From assembly GCA_024875585.1 (NCBI GenBank), contig GCA_024875585.1_4107.1: a stretch of DNA of 64,000 bases; one strand, written 5' to 3'. The position numbers and the translations under genes are program-made. The notes beneath the pieces were generated by a model. That model was given only the letters and a program-made list of their open reading frames with translations. It ran no database searches and was not told where the DNA came from. The DNA comes from a phage. Shown here piece after piece: positions 33,518 through 44,038 of this stretch (position 1 is the stretch's first letter; each line of letters opens with the position of its first letter).

Positions 33518-33880
33518 ATGAACACATTAAGTATTACATACTATACAACTAAAAAATTAGTTACTTGTTTAATATCATTGAAGTCAAAAAATGATGATAT
33601 GTTTGATATGGCTGCATATGAATTAGAATTATCAGAAGATGGTTTCAAGATCTATGAAGTATATAGCTATGTTCGTGAAGATGTAATTGACACTACACTA
33701 ATGCAAGAGGATGAGTTATTCCAAGAAAGTTTAGTATGGGATAATAAGTACGATTGTAACTTTGATTTCTTATGTTTAATCCAAAAAGAAATGAAAAGAA
33801 TCTTTGATAATTATCCAATCAAACGTTTCAGTACTGCACCTGAGCAATATAAAAGGATTATATTCACCTATGAAGATTGA
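33518..33880 (+). CDS. Family B paralog
   Basis: DELFQESLVWD. Confidence 0.6.
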   Translation: MNTLSITYYTTKKLVTCLISLKSKNDDMFDMAAYELELSEDGFKIYEVYSYVREDVIDTTLMQEDELFQESLVWDNKYDCNFDFLCLIQKEMKRIFDNYPIKRFSTAPEQYKRIIFTYED

Positions 33881-34247
33881 ATTTGAAGTTATTACATATA
33901 GTATAGGTGATGGTATCCGTTGCTACGTACAAGCAAGGCATATTGTTCCTGATGATAAACTGTCACCCAAAAGTTTCCTTATTACACAAGAACTCTTAGA
34001 TATTAACAGAGAGAACAAGTATACATATTATCTCACTAAGGGTTATTGTGGTTCGCGTGGATTTAATATTGTAGCTGTTTCTAGAGATGAAATTGATGAT
34101 TTAACTGAGTACGGTGAAGAAGAGATGTTCCAGTACAGTACTGTTTTTAATGAACTGGATGTGTTTCTGTTACGAAAAATACAACACATTATGCAAGAAT
34201 GTTTGCATCATAAGAGAGGTATTGTATGCGACGTGAATCTGAATTAG
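33870..34247 (+). CDS. Family B paralog
   Basis: EEMFQYSTVFN; start moved to ATGA-overlapping ATG (track 33804). Confidence 0.55.
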   Translation: MKIEFEVITYSIGDGIRCYVQARHIVPDDKLSPKSFLITQELLDINRENKYTYYLTKGYCGSRGFNIVAVSRDEIDDLTEYGEEEMFQYSTVFNELDVFLLRKIQHIMQECLHHKRGIVCDVNLN

Positions 34248-34567
34248 TTAAAGTAATGTACGCTACTCATATTAAACTACTACTTGTGAAATTTGATTAT
34301 AATATAAAACATAATGATTTCTATACGTTGATTCGTGATGAAAATTCATTCTCATTGCGATGCAACAATATACAGTGGACGATAAGTGATTTTACTTCAC
34401 TTGACGAGGGTGAATTATTTCAAGAATCATTAGTTTTTAATAGTAATATAAAAGTTGATATAGAAGCAATTAAACAGTATCAAATATTATTAAACAAAAT
34501 TATTGATTGTTATCCATGTGAAATAGGTGGTCATATGCAGTTCAAATCAAAAATGTACGAGTTATGA
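34226..34567 (+). CDS. Family B paralog
   Basis: GELFQESLVFN. Confidence 0.6.
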   Translation: MRRESELVKVMYATHIKLLLVKFDYNIKHNDFYTLIRDENSFSLRCNNIQWTISDFTSLDEGELFQESLVFNSNIKVDIEAIKQYQILLNKIIDCYPCEIGGHMQFKSKMYEL

Positions 34568-34574
34568 GGTCTTT

Positions 34575-35111
34575 ATGTTAGATAAAAAAATGAACACTGG
34601 AACTCTATACAATCATCTTAAGTTGGATACTTTCGAATCAGCTATCAGTACTGCACAAGATATTATCGATATTATTAAGTACATTAAAGAAAATAAGTTA
34701 AAATGTGTGAAAACACCCGAACGTACAATGTATAAAGATGACTGTATTCACGTATCTGTTGTTAATCCAAAAGATAAGGATGGTAATAGAGATTTCTATA
34801 ATAACAGTGAGCAGTTCGAATGTGAATATGATCCAGAATTCAGAGGTGGTTTCATGTGTTACAGTATGAAGGATACCTCACACATTGAGATACGTTCATC
34901 TAAAGGTGGCATACGTACATTAGAGTTCATTGATATAGTTTTAAATCAGGAATACTACTTTCAACTATCATTATTGTTTCCTGCATACGATTTAGGAGTT
35001 CTATTCATGTATAAGTACTTTCATGAGCACTGGAATGAAGACTTCTATCTGGACTTAGAAGATTACCAATTAGTTTGGGAAGAAATGGTAGAACTTCGCA
35101 ACCACTCTTGA
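34575..35111 (+). CDS. Family B paralog
   Basis: QEYYFQLSLLF; start moved to ATG after SD (track 34527). Confidence 0.55.
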   Translation: MLDKKMNTGTLYNHLKLDTFESAISTAQDIIDIIKYIKENKLKCVKTPERTMYKDDCIHVSVVNPKDKDGNRDFYNNSEQFECEYDPEFRGGFMCYSMKDTSHIEIRSSKGGIRTLEFIDIVLNQEYYFQLSLLFPAYDLGVLFMYKYFHEHWNEDFYLDLEDYQLVWEEMVELRNHS

Positions 35112-35137
35112 CACCCACCGATTTTTTGTGATATAAT
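35108..35137 (+). promoter_or_regulatory. promoter with TGTGATATAAT extended -10
   Basis: TTGACA 35108-35113, ~18-nt spacer, TATAAT; leader hairpin CCCTTTA...TAAAGGG 35138-35160. Confidence 0.5.
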
Positions 35138-35170
35138 CCCTTTATATTAATTTTAAAGGGTTATAACACA

Positions 35171-35647
35171 ATGTCCAACGAACTCACATTCACCAATGCA
35201 CAAAAAATAGCAAAAGACATTATCAGGGTTTATAAATTCCTTGCGAATGTTACTGAAGATTTTTTAATTGATAAAAATAAAGTTATTAAGCGAAATGGAT
35301 ACCTTTCCTTTATGGATGGGTTGCTCTATAGTTCAGATGAGTCAGCTTGTAGTATTAGAGTACTTGATACTGTACCAAGTGGTGATTTTATTTCATACCA
35401 TTTTCCAAGTTCAGATAAGTTCAAATACTACAATAGTATTCTCATAGCAGAAGACTTTGATACGATTGTAATTAACACTGAAGAAGAGTTCTTCCAGTAC
35501 AGTACTGTGTACCCAGAGAGGATTGTTTTCAGTTCAGTGATTTACACTACCCTTAAAAATGAACTAAATTCCGATAGTGATCATTTCTACTTGGACCTGA
35601 ATAATATCGATTGTATTATTGAGTACATGGAGAAAAATGGTTTATGA
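35171..35647 (+). CDS. Family B paralog
   Basis: EEFFQYSTVYP. Confidence 0.6.
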   Translation: MSNELTFTNAQKIAKDIIRVYKFLANVTEDFLIDKNKVIKRNGYLSFMDGLLYSSDESACSIRVLDTVPSGDFISYHFPSSDKFKYYNSILIAEDFDTIVINTEEEFFQYSTVYPERIVFSSVIYTTLKNELNSDSDHFYLDLNNIDCIIEYMEKNGL

Positions 35648-36147
35648 TTACTACAGAATATGATTACAATAGTGTCCTTGAATTTGCAGAAAATATATAT
35701 CGTATTGCAAAGGAGTTCAGAAGTCCTGAGCCGTTTGGTGGTATGTTCGAATACGATGAGTTTAGTTCATCAAAAGGAAGACTTGCATTTACTAATGGTA
35801 GAGGTAATCAAATCTACACAGAGTACTTTGATGACAATGACTTTCATCACAAAGCCGAATACATTTCATATTGCCCTGGGTCTGATTTGAAGATTCATAT
35901 TGAAAGAGATATAGAAAATGTATTTGTTCCATATACTGATTTAGTCTTCATGTCAGAGGAAATGTACTTTCAGGAATCATTGATTCATGATACAAAAGTA
36001 CTTAATACTATATTATTATATGGTACACTACTTAATCATTACAAATACAATCAAAGATTCTTTTTAGATTTAGTAGTATACCATCAATGTGTGGATTATT
36101 TGAATGCAAAATCAGACAACAATTCAGTACATGACCGATGGTTCTGA
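35644..36147 (+). CDS. Family B paralog
   Basis: EEMYFQESLIHD; ATGA overlap. Confidence 0.6.
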   Translation: MITTEYDYNSVLEFAENIYRIAKEFRSPEPFGGMFEYDEFSSSKGRLAFTNGRGNQIYTEYFDDNDFHHKAEYISYCPGSDLKIHIERDIENVFVPYTDLVFMSEEMYFQESLIHDTKVLNTILLYGTLLNHYKYNQRFFLDLVVYHQCVDYLNAKSDNNSVHDRWF

Positions 36148-36466
36148 ATACTTTGTTTCAAGATATGTAATAAATCACAACCATTATGTAACCTATATTC
36201 CAGAGTACAATCAATTTTATATCCAGATTTATCAACATAATGGAAAGAGAAATGATATATATTCAGAAATAAAAATCCCTGATTATAGTTCTTTATCAGA
36301 AGAGGAATTGTTTCAGGAGAGCACTATCAGTACTGAAGATGTGTACGAAATAATGGAGTACCAGAAGGTACTTAAACATTTTCATGAAACAAATGATATA
36401 CAAATAGATATTGTTAAACCGTGGTGTTACAATACATATGAGGTAAATTATGTTAGAAATGATTAA
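36104..36466 (+). CDS. Family B paralog
   Basis: EELFQESTIST; start uncertain. Confidence 0.55.
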   Translation: MQNQTTIQYMTDGSEYFVSRYVINHNHYVTYIPEYNQFYIQIYQHNGKRNDIYSEIKIPDYSSLSEEELFQESTISTEDVYEIMEYQKVLKHFHETNDIQIDIVKPWCYNTYEVNYVRND

Positions 36467-36863
36467 AATTATGCAACGCTGTCTTATTGACAAATACGGG
36501 ATATATGGATATCGTTTAAGTGCTCCTATTGACAAAAATAAAACAACCTATGTAAGCTATAATGCTGTACAAGGGTTTGATATATTCATTAGTACTAATT
36601 ATCAAATCAAACAAGCTAAAGATGTGTCTATAATGACCCCTGATGAGTTATTTCAGTACAGCTTAGTTCTTCCTACATGTATCGATTTACAACGTCTAGG
36701 AGCGATACAGAAGGTTTTACGCGAACATAAAGTACAACCCAATAAAGTCACGCACATTCCAGAAACAATCTTCAAAACTATAGAAGTAGAAACCCCTGAT
36801 TATATGTTAAGTGATGATGAATTCTACGAGAAGCACTTCCCTGGTAAAGTTTGGAGAGACTAA
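36450..36863 (+). CDS. Family B paralog
   Basis: DELFQYSLVLP. Confidence 0.6.
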   Translation: MLEMIKIMQRCLIDKYGIYGYRLSAPIDKNKTTYVSYNAVQGFDIFISTNYQIKQAKDVSIMTPDELFQYSLVLPTCIDLQRLGAIQKVLREHKVQPNKVTHIPETIFKTIEVETPDYMLSDDEFYEKHFPGKVWRD

Positions 36864-37345
36864 TGAACCGAAAGTACAGAGAAACTATGAAGTTCGCTAA
36901 GGAGTGTTTAGAGACATTTGATTTCATTTTCGATAACAAAGACTCACTTGGTCATTACTTCGTAATTACAAAAAAAGAAGATGAGAGATACAAGTGTCAA
37001 AGATTAGGATACAGTATTGAGTTATCCTTAATGAGTGATGGTATGATAAACTCCATATATGAATCTGGTAAGACAGATTACATTTCATTTAGATCATGGA
37101 GTGATAATATAATGTTCTTGAGTCCTAATGGAAGTAAATATCCATTCATTAATGATTTATCAGAAGAAAGTTACTTTCAAAACAGTTTAATTTATACAGA
37201 AAAAGAACTCAAAATGTTATTCATAATGTCGTACTTTAAAAAGTACTGTAAATTTAAATCATTATCTTTTGAGATTTCTGCGATGAAAGTATTCATTAAA
37301 AATGTAAAAGAATTAAAGAGGGCTTTTAATGTACATAGAAAATGA
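36863..37345 (+). CDS. Family B paralog
   Basis: ESYFQNSLIYT; start at TAATG overlap (track 36851 TTG). Confidence 0.55.
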   Translation: MNRKYRETMKFAKECLETFDFIFDNKDSLGHYFVITKKEDERYKCQRLGYSIELSLMSDGMINSIYESGKTDYISFRSWSDNIMFLSPNGSKYPFINDLSEESYFQNSLIYTEKELKMLFIMSYFKKYCKFKSLSFEISAMKVFIKNVKELKRAFNVHRK

Positions 37346-37871
37346 GAATGTAAAATGCATCACTGACATTTGTATAAAATTAATGAAAATTTTCATTAAC
37401 CCAAAATACAAGACTCGTTCTTTACGTCATAATATTGATGAGCATTGTACCATTAATATCCTAGGTAGTATTCTTGATGTAAAATATGATGGTAAACTGT
37501 TATTCGGTATAAGAGAAGAGAAAATGGATGATGCATTCTTTTCTTGTAAAGATAAATTTGAACCTTCTGATTATAAAGTAATTATTCGTGATGATAGCAT
37601 CTATATTAGTAGTGATTATTCAAATTACTTCGATAAAATATACACTGAAAACGTTGATTACCATTATGAAATGCTAGATTTACCAGTAACAGACATTGAT
37701 ATGGAGAGAATCAAATTTTCATTATCAGATAATGAGTACTTAGGTATACAAACATATTATTCACTACAAGGAAAGATTCCACCTGCTATGTATATAAGGA
37801 TTGAGATTGGTAATGTATTCAATGATAAGGTTATATCAATTGCTGATAAAATATTGAGGGTTGAATTATGA
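37329..37871 (+). CDS. hypothetical protein (180 aa), possibly divergent Family B
   Basis: ORF+SD AAAGAGGG; motif not clear. Confidence 0.5.
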   Translation: MYIENENVKCITDICIKLMKIFINPKYKTRSLRHNIDEHCTINILGSILDVKYDGKLLFGIREEKMDDAFFSCKDKFEPSDYKVIIRDDSIYISSDYSNYFDKIYTENVDYHYEMLDLPVTDIDMERIKFSLSDNEYLGIQTYYSLQGKIPPAMYIRIEIGNVFNDKVISIADKILRVEL

Positions 37872-38431
37872 ATGGCCATGATTACCAATTCCATAGACTA
37901 GAATTTAGACACTGTGTTGCATATGCAAAAACATTAATGTGCATCATTGACACTCTTTCATCCGAACAATTTTGTAAGGATAATGATTTATTGCTGAAAA
38001 AAGGTCGTATAACATCATCCGATATCGGTATTGAACTATTTGTTGAAATCAGTGTTGATACCGGAGACAGTACAAGGGCTGGTTGTATAGGTCATATTGG
38101 TACACATTGTTTCACATGGAATCCAAATACAAGTCAAGTTAGAATTGATTATAGAAATTCACGTTGGGTTGATCTTAGTACTGAATCAGATTTAGAATCA
38201 GTTATGTTCCAGCTAAGTTTAATTCACGATCCTAATGAACTTCTTTATATTATTACTTTCAGTTATCTGTTACAAAACTACGATAGTCCATCAGGGTTTT
38301 TCATAGAATCAGATATAGATGAAATTATGGAAGAGATTCCTAGTTTAAAGAATATTCTGGAAGAAAAAGATTTCTATAAGGACTTCAGAGATTTATACGA
38401 CATGCACTTGGAGTTATTTAAGAATGGATAA
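37868..38431 (+). CDS. Family B paralog
   Basis: SVMFQLSLIHD; ATGA overlap. Confidence 0.6.
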   Translation: MNGHDYQFHRLEFRHCVAYAKTLMCIIDTLSSEQFCKDNDLLLKKGRITSSDIGIELFVEISVDTGDSTRAGCIGHIGTHCFTWNPNTSQVRIDYRNSRWVDLSTESDLESVMFQLSLIHDPNELLYIITFSYLLQNYDSPSGFFIESDIDEIMEEIPSLKNILEEKDFYKDFRDLYDMHLELFKNG

Positions 38432-38942
38432 AGATGATATTCTAATTAGACTAGTTCAGAGTTTGATAAAGTTCGCAAATAATGATATCAATACATACAA
38501 AGTAGGTGATATTGAATTCAAATCATTTGGTATGTACGGTGATGACGAAACATATTATGCTTCAATGAAATTTCAAGAATTTCACGAGATGTTAATATCG
38601 TTATCATACGAAGATGTTGACCCAAGATGGAGTTCCAGTATTTCACTATCGAGAATGGTAATTCGTAGTAAGCATCGTTACATTTCGTCAAAGAATACTC
38701 CTAACTTGATTAATATTGTGTTGAATGAAAATACAAACCCCCTATCTAAACATGATATCGTACCTTTAACCGATGAAGCAATTTTTCAATTGCGTACTAT
38801 TTGTGATGAAGATGTGATATCATGTATGAAAATTTATGAGAAAGTTGGGGGTGATATTCCCATGAACTATTACCTAACTATAGATGAAACGTATCTCCAA
38901 GATGATGTTCTGGCGTACATTGACAGTGTTTTACCAAAATAA
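38424..38942 (+). CDS. Family B paralog
   Basis: EAIFQLRTICD. Confidence 0.55.
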   Translation: MDKDDILIRLVQSLIKFANNDINTYKVGDIEFKSFGMYGDDETYYASMKFQEFHEMLISLSYEDVDPRWSSSISLSRMVIRSKHRYISSKNTPNLINIVLNENTNPLSKHDIVPLTDEAIFQLRTICDEDVISCMKIYEKVGGDIPMNYYLTIDETYLQDDVLAYIDSVLPK

Positions 38943-38964
38943 AGACCCGTTATGGGTCTTTTTG
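38943..38964 (+). terminator. rho-independent terminator
   Basis: AGACCCG-TTA-TGGGTCT then TTTTTG. Confidence 0.7.
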
Positions 38965-38974
38965 TGTTTATGGC

Positions 38975-39003
38975 TTTACAAGAGCATTCAGGTGTGTTAT
39001 ACT
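38975..39003 (+). promoter_or_regulatory. sigma70-type promoter (TTTACA-N17-TATACT)
   Basis: follows terminator; SD GGAGG downstream. Confidence 0.45.
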
Positions 39004-39030
39004 TGATTTCAAATAGAGTTGGAGGAATAT

Positions 39031-39594
39031 ATGAGTACTGAATTAATTAAAGAAGTTACCTTACTTCTGAAGCATTGTTTTAAGTTCATTCCTGATACTG
39101 GTTCACGCCAGTACATTAAAGTTAATGAGAAATATAACATCAATATCCTTGTATCTGAAACTGCGAGCAGCTATGCTAACATTGAGTTGGATTCTGAAGA
39201 AAAATATACAGTATTACAAATCATAGCAGATGTACAACGTAAACAAGATTATCGTTCTTCATTTGACAACGATTATCTGTGTGTTTGCTCAAACTTCAGT
39301 GAGAATAAAATTGTGTATAAGAATTTATACACACATGAAGTGATTGATACATATAATTATAAAATTTCATCTGATGAATACAATGTTCTAATGTTCAACG
39401 CAAACCTTTTGTATGATGCCAGTACTGTACGCTGTTTAGAGTTAGCATATAAAATTCCAAAGATCATGGAAAGAAAAGATTTGATTCACTTTAAAACTAT
39501 TTTAAAATACAGTACAAAAGAATTAGAAGATTTAGTACAGGCTCTTAAGAATTTCATTAATGAACATGTACCTGTTAAATTAGAGGACTTATAA
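39031..39594 (+). CDS. Family B paralog (degenerate motif)
   Basis: YNVLMFNANLLYD; start at ATG after SD GGAGG (track TTG 39019). Confidence 0.55.
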   Translation: MSTELIKEVTLLLKHCFKFIPDTGSRQYIKVNEKYNINILVSETASSYANIELDSEEKYTVLQIIADVQRKQDYRSSFDNDYLCVCSNFSENKIVYKNLYTHEVIDTYNYKISSDEYNVLMFNANLLYDASTVRCLELAYKIPKIMERKDLIHFKTILKYSTKELEDLVQALKNFINEHVPVKLEDL

Positions 39595-40178
39595 TGCAAG
39601 TTGAACACATTCAAATTATGAAATTGATGCATGACATTGCGGAACTATCTGATAAGTACGATATTACTGTTCATGAGCCTATTGGAAATTATCGACTTAA
39701 AATTGAAAACAAATCACCACATCGTTTTGGTTCTGTAACTCTTGAATATTATAAAGTTTACGGTTATGAAACGGCAAAAAAAGGTTTCTGGGATACTATG
39801 GCAATGTATATCCGTACATCAAGACGTAGAGAACAAATCGGTTCAATCACGCCACATATGATATTTGTCAATGCTGTACACAGTGATATTAATCGAATTG
39901 TTGAATCTAATTTTGGTGACGTTGAGAACGATACATATTTAGAAATTCCACCAGAACTAGATCAATGTGAAGACATTCGTGAAGCATACATTTTCCAGAG
40001 ATCATTACTTGACAACTTCAATGAGTTTGAGTACTTGATGCTTTGCTATGAAACTGCAAAAGCTATTAAGACTGGGGAATTGGTAATGTATAATAATTTC
40101 ATTAACTGCAAATCCGATACACTTAAAGAGTTACACACTGCCATAAAAAACATCAAGGATACATATGAACGCTTATAG
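39594..40178 (+). CDS. Family B paralog
   Basis: EAYIFQRSLLD. Confidence 0.55.
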   Translation: MQVEHIQIMKLMHDIAELSDKYDITVHEPIGNYRLKIENKSPHRFGSVTLEYYKVYGYETAKKGFWDTMAMYIRTSRRREQIGSITPHMIFVNAVHSDINRIVESNFGDVENDTYLEIPPELDQCEDIREAYIFQRSLLDNFNEFEYLMLCYETAKAIKTGELVMYNNFINCKSDTLKELHTAIKNIKDTYERL

Positions 40179-40743
40179 TTACATGACAGAACGTCATCAG
40201 ATATTATATGATATCAGTACTAAAATGTTATCAATTGTTAGTAGTGCGAAAGAAATTGAAAAACAATACCTCATCCGTGATGTAGCAATTTCATCTAAAT
40301 GTTGGTCCAATGAATATTACGATCATGGTATTCTTACTATTTCTGGGGCTAGAAATATTTGTATTGTAAAAAATAAGAAAAAATGCAATGAAGAGTGTGA
40401 GATTAGTTCTGATATCCAAATAAAGGATGATGGAAGCTTTTCTCATCATCCATTCCATATTAGTACTATTGGTGTTTTATATAATATTAAAGTACTATTC
40501 GGTGATGAAGAGTATGTGTTAAAAGCTATCAATCCAGAATCAAGTACAGTTGAAGAAGAACTGTTCCAGATGAGCACGGTTATACCTGAAGAGGTTCTTA
40601 GTACTGTTATTTTTTGTAGTTTAATTTATCATGAATACAAAAAGAACCAGTTCGATTTCCACATGTTAGGAACGTACATCTTCAATAATTTGAGCGTAGA
40701 TCGTTTAAAAGCATTAAATTCAGCGATGGATAAGGTTCTATAA
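40165..40743 (+). CDS. Family B paralog
   Basis: EELFQMSTVIP. Confidence 0.6.
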   Translation: MNAYSYMTERHQILYDISTKMLSIVSSAKEIEKQYLIRDVAISSKCWSNEYYDHGILTISGARNICIVKNKKKCNEECEISSDIQIKDDGSFSHHPFHISTIGVLYNIKVLFGDEEYVLKAINPESSTVEEELFQMSTVIPEEVLSTVIFCSLIYHEYKKNQFDFHMLGTYIFNNLSVDRLKALNSAMDKVL

Positions 40744-41171
40744 TGACAAGAGATGATTGTTTGTACATATGGGATGTAGTTGAAAATACACTTTCAAATC
40801 CAGAAAATTATAAAACACAAAAAAGACAGCGACACAAAACATGGATAGATTTGTTCGTTGAGGACATACATGCAGTGACTATTTGGGATTCACCGAGGGC
40901 ATCAGCATCTACTCTATTGGACAATGAATGCATTGATTGCATTAATTCCACTTTTCATCTACACGGTTCTACAATTTTTGGTACATTTCTGGATATTGAA
41001 AATAAAGATGATATTGATTCACTTGCGTTACAATATCAAGTACTGTATAATACTAAATTAATTTACGATTTAGTACTAGCTTCTTATGTGTATAAATTAA
41101 TGATGAAATATAATCACATTTCAGTATCAGTTTATACCAAGGATATTCTTTCATTAAGAGACAAAACATGA
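40743..41171 (+). CDS. hypothetical protein (142 aa), possibly divergent Family B
   Basis: degenerate DSLALQYQVLYN. Confidence 0.45.
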   Translation: MTRDDCLYIWDVVENTLSNPENYKTQKRQRHKTWIDLFVEDIHAVTIWDSPRASASTLLDNECIDCINSTFHLHGSTIFGTFLDIENKDDIDSLALQYQVLYNTKLIYDLVLASYVYKLMMKYNHISVSVYTKDILSLRDKT

Positions 41172-41677
41172 GTTTATTAAATGCACGAGAATTAGTTGAG
41201 ATGTATGAGATCTTATCTTCATATAAAAATTCCCCAAAAGATGTAATTCTCAACAAAAAGTTCCATGTCAATGTTGATCATATGAAAAATATAGATATGA
41301 TTTCTTTAGTGGAAAGTAGTAAATCGGGTCTTGAGCGTGATATCATGCGTTTGATTTATATTACCAAACCATCATATACCAATGATAGTTCAATTAGTAA
41401 TGAGACGTTTTTGTACACTCCTTATACTGATTGTACTTTAGTTTCAGTGTCTAATCAGAAACAAGATAATTTCCAATTCATCTATACCAGTACTGACAAC
41501 ATTGAAGAAGTTGAATTCCAAAACAATACATTAAGTCCATGTGGTAGTGTTATAACTTTTATGTCGTATCTATGGTCATCTAAAACAAGTGCAATTGTAT
41601 ATAGTTCTAATTACACACAAGATAGTATTGTTGAATCATATAAAGCTCTGAAGGAATACTATGAAAATAACAAATGA
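41168..41677 (+). CDS. Family B paralog
   Basis: EVEFQNNTLSP; ATGA overlap. Confidence 0.55.
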   Translation: MSLLNARELVEMYEILSSYKNSPKDVILNKKFHVNVDHMKNIDMISLVESSKSGLERDIMRLIYITKPSYTNDSSISNETFLYTPYTDCTLVSVSNQKQDNFQFIYTSTDNIEEVEFQNNTLSPCGSVITFMSYLWSSKTSAIVYSSNYTQDSIVESYKALKEYYENNK

Positions 41678-42242
41678 TTTTTTTAAATGTTTAGTACACC
41701 CTATGCTTAGTGTTATGAAAAAATTACAGAATCTACCGGAAGACAACGATTACAAGTTTAATCGTTTTGATTCAGATGTGTTTTGTATTGAAATGGAAAT
41801 TAATAATAATCGTAATTTGCATTTAAAATTCAAAGAATCGTCAAGTCCGTATTACAACTTTGATATGAATTTTAAAATAGATACTGACATTGAAGAAAAC
41901 GTAATATCAAATCATACTAGCAAAAATGGTTTTAAGCATAGAACTACTATGTACAATAATAAAAATAGTATTATATCTAAATGGTTTCACCAATTCACCA
42001 AAATTGGTGAAATTGAATATAGTGATTTTGGTGAAGAGCAATACTTTCAGTTGAGTACAATTCATGAACTTCCACCATATGATTATGTTAAAACATGGTT
42101 TGATATTCATAATATAATTGATGATGCAATCAAACTTCCATTTGGGGTATCAATATCATATACTGCTCCTAAAACATTTGTTTTTACGGAAGATATGATT
42201 ATGAAAAAGATATGGGCAATTATCCCACTTATGATGGATTAA
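41661..42242 (+). CDS. Family B paralog
   Basis: EQYFQLSTIHE; start uncertain. Confidence 0.55.
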   Translation: MKITNDFFKCLVHPMLSVMKKLQNLPEDNDYKFNRFDSDVFCIEMEINNNRNLHLKFKESSSPYYNFDMNFKIDTDIEENVISNHTSKNGFKHRTTMYNNKNSIISKWFHQFTKIGEIEYSDFGEEQYFQLSTIHELPPYDYVKTWFDIHNIIDDAIKLPFGVSISYTAPKTFVFTEDMIMKKIWAIIPLMMD

Positions 42243-42248
42243 ATTTAT

Positions 42249-42274
42249 ACCAGGGGTTGACTCTGGTATTTTTG
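42249..42274 (+). terminator. weak terminator hairpin overlapping TTGACT promoter-like box
   Basis: ACCAG-loop-CTGGT then ATTTTTG. Confidence 0.35.
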
Positions 42275-42303
42275 TATGATACATTATCCTAAAGGAGAAT
42301 TTT

Positions 42304-42855
42304 ATGAACTACAATCATGATCTTTTTACATTATGTGCATCAAAATGTGTTGATGGTTGGGCAGATAAAATCAATACCATAATTCATCGATATCTCGTCT
42401 TTAGTTCCCGTGCACGAAGTGAGGGGGCTATGGATTTCAAATATACACTATCTATTGATGGTGTAACTATCCATGCAGACGAAGAACGTCTGAGCATTAA
42501 TTTGTATGATTCCTGTGTATTTGCTATTCACCAAAAGATGGGGAAAGGATGGGGTTGTAATAACATTAACTCCAAAGCTATCTTTTGGGTTGGTCACCAT
42601 CAGACAGTACTTGATCCTTCAATTAAATCTAATCTTTTATCCGATAATATGGTTTATGATTTATTGTACTCCGAAGAACAACATTTTCAATTAAGTACAT
42701 TGCATGATCTGGCACAGTACGAGGATTGTTACAAAACATTAGAACTATGCCATTCCCTTGAACTCAAAGATAAATTGATACAAGTTTACCCTTCATTCTT
42801 TCATGAAGAAGTACAATGCACACTAGAACATATTTTATATGGGTACGACAAATGA
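42304..42855 (+). CDS. Family B paralog
   Basis: EQHFQLSTLHD; SD AAAGGAGA. Confidence 0.65.
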   Translation: MNYNHDLFTLCASKCVDGWADKINTIIHRYLVFSSRARSEGAMDFKYTLSIDGVTIHADEERLSINLYDSCVFAIHQKMGKGWGCNNINSKAIFWVGHHQTVLDPSIKSNLLSDNMVYDLLYSEEQHFQLSTLHDLAQYEDCYKTLELCHSLELKDKLIQVYPSFFHEEVQCTLEHILYGYDK

Positions 42856-43454
42856 GAAAAAGTTATCAAGAAACTATTGACCTAATTAGAGAAGTTATTA
42901 AAGTGGCTCCTGGTGCGATAGCATTCAAGAAGTCCCTATATAAAAAGTATGGCTCCATGTCAAATATGTGTTGTCAAAAGAAACGTAGTAAATTCACTAC
43001 GCAGTACTGGCATGATTCTATTATCCTTAGTAATGAACATCAGCGTATTTTAACACTAGAATCTGAACCTAATGAGTACGAGGAAGGAAACATTTGTGTA
43101 CCTGATTATGATGAAATTAACTTCAACTGCGGTGATTTTGAAACAACATTATTACTTCACGAGGGTTATCCAGAAGGTGATGTATTAGCTGAGTACAATC
43201 CAAAAACTAAAATTCTCAAAAGAGGAATCCAGTTCACTATTAATAACAAAGATGATGTTGAAGCAGCACTAATGCAACTGAGTACAAGTGAACCTATTAC
43301 TATTAGTGTAGAAGAGTTATGGGGAATTATTTCAGTCCTCAATGAATGCTACAAAGTAAAATCATTGCGTAATCACACCCTTATATTGCATACTAATATG
43401 GCAAATATAAAATGTAAGCACATTCAAGAAATGGCGGTTCCAGATGGACTTTAA
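42852..43454 (+). CDS. Family B paralog (degenerate motif)
   Basis: AALMQLSTSEP; start at ATGA-overlapping ATG (track 42816). Confidence 0.5.
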   Translation: MRKSYQETIDLIREVIKVAPGAIAFKKSLYKKYGSMSNMCCQKKRSKFTTQYWHDSIILSNEHQRILTLESEPNEYEEGNICVPDYDEINFNCGDFETTLLLHEGYPEGDVLAEYNPKTKILKRGIQFTINNKDDVEAALMQLSTSEPITISVEELWGIISVLNECYKVKSLRNHTLILHTNMANIKCKHIQEMAVPDGL

Positions 43455-44037
43455 AGAAATTGAAAGTAAATTAAAGTACTTCAAAGATATCAAACTTCTT
43501 TGGGAAAAGTATAAAATTGATTACAAATTCAGTGATGATGAGACAATAAAATCCATTGATATTAATATCAAAATCAAGTTCAAGAATAATAATTATGGTG
43601 AAGTAAGCTTAAATCATACTGGTGTATCACTCAGGGACTATGATGGTTCAACACTCGCATATTTCGACTTCATTCCAGAACCAGGTGAAACACTACTTAG
43701 TGAGATAAATTCCTATGATATGGAAATATTCGGCGGGAATCCGTTACTGTTCCGACTGTCTGAAGAGTGGAGTGAAGAATACTACACTTACAAAGATGGT
43801 GTAGTACTTGACATTAATGGAGAAGTTGTGAATGACTTGGAAGAACGTTTGTTCCAAGAATTGTGTGTTTCAAATACTTCATATGCATACAATCATATCC
43901 TTGACATGTTTGATTTATATAGTAAAATAGATGCTGAAATGAATGCACATGGTATTCATTACCTTACAATTAACGACTATGCACAACTCGAAACCGCTGT
44001 GACAGCATTGTCTAAAGTACTGAAAATAGGAACGTAA
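43444..44037 (+). CDS. Family B paralog
   Basis: ERLFQELCVSN. Confidence 0.55.
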   Translation: MDFKEIESKLKYFKDIKLLWEKYKIDYKFSDDETIKSIDINIKIKFKNNNYGEVSLNHTGVSLRDYDGSTLAYFDFIPEPGETLLSEINSYDMEIFGGNPLLFRLSEEWSEEYYTYKDGVVLDINGEVVNDLEERLFQELCVSNTSYAYNHILDMFDLYSKIDAEMNAHGIHYLTINDYAQLETAVTALSKVLKIGT

Positions 44038-44038
44038 T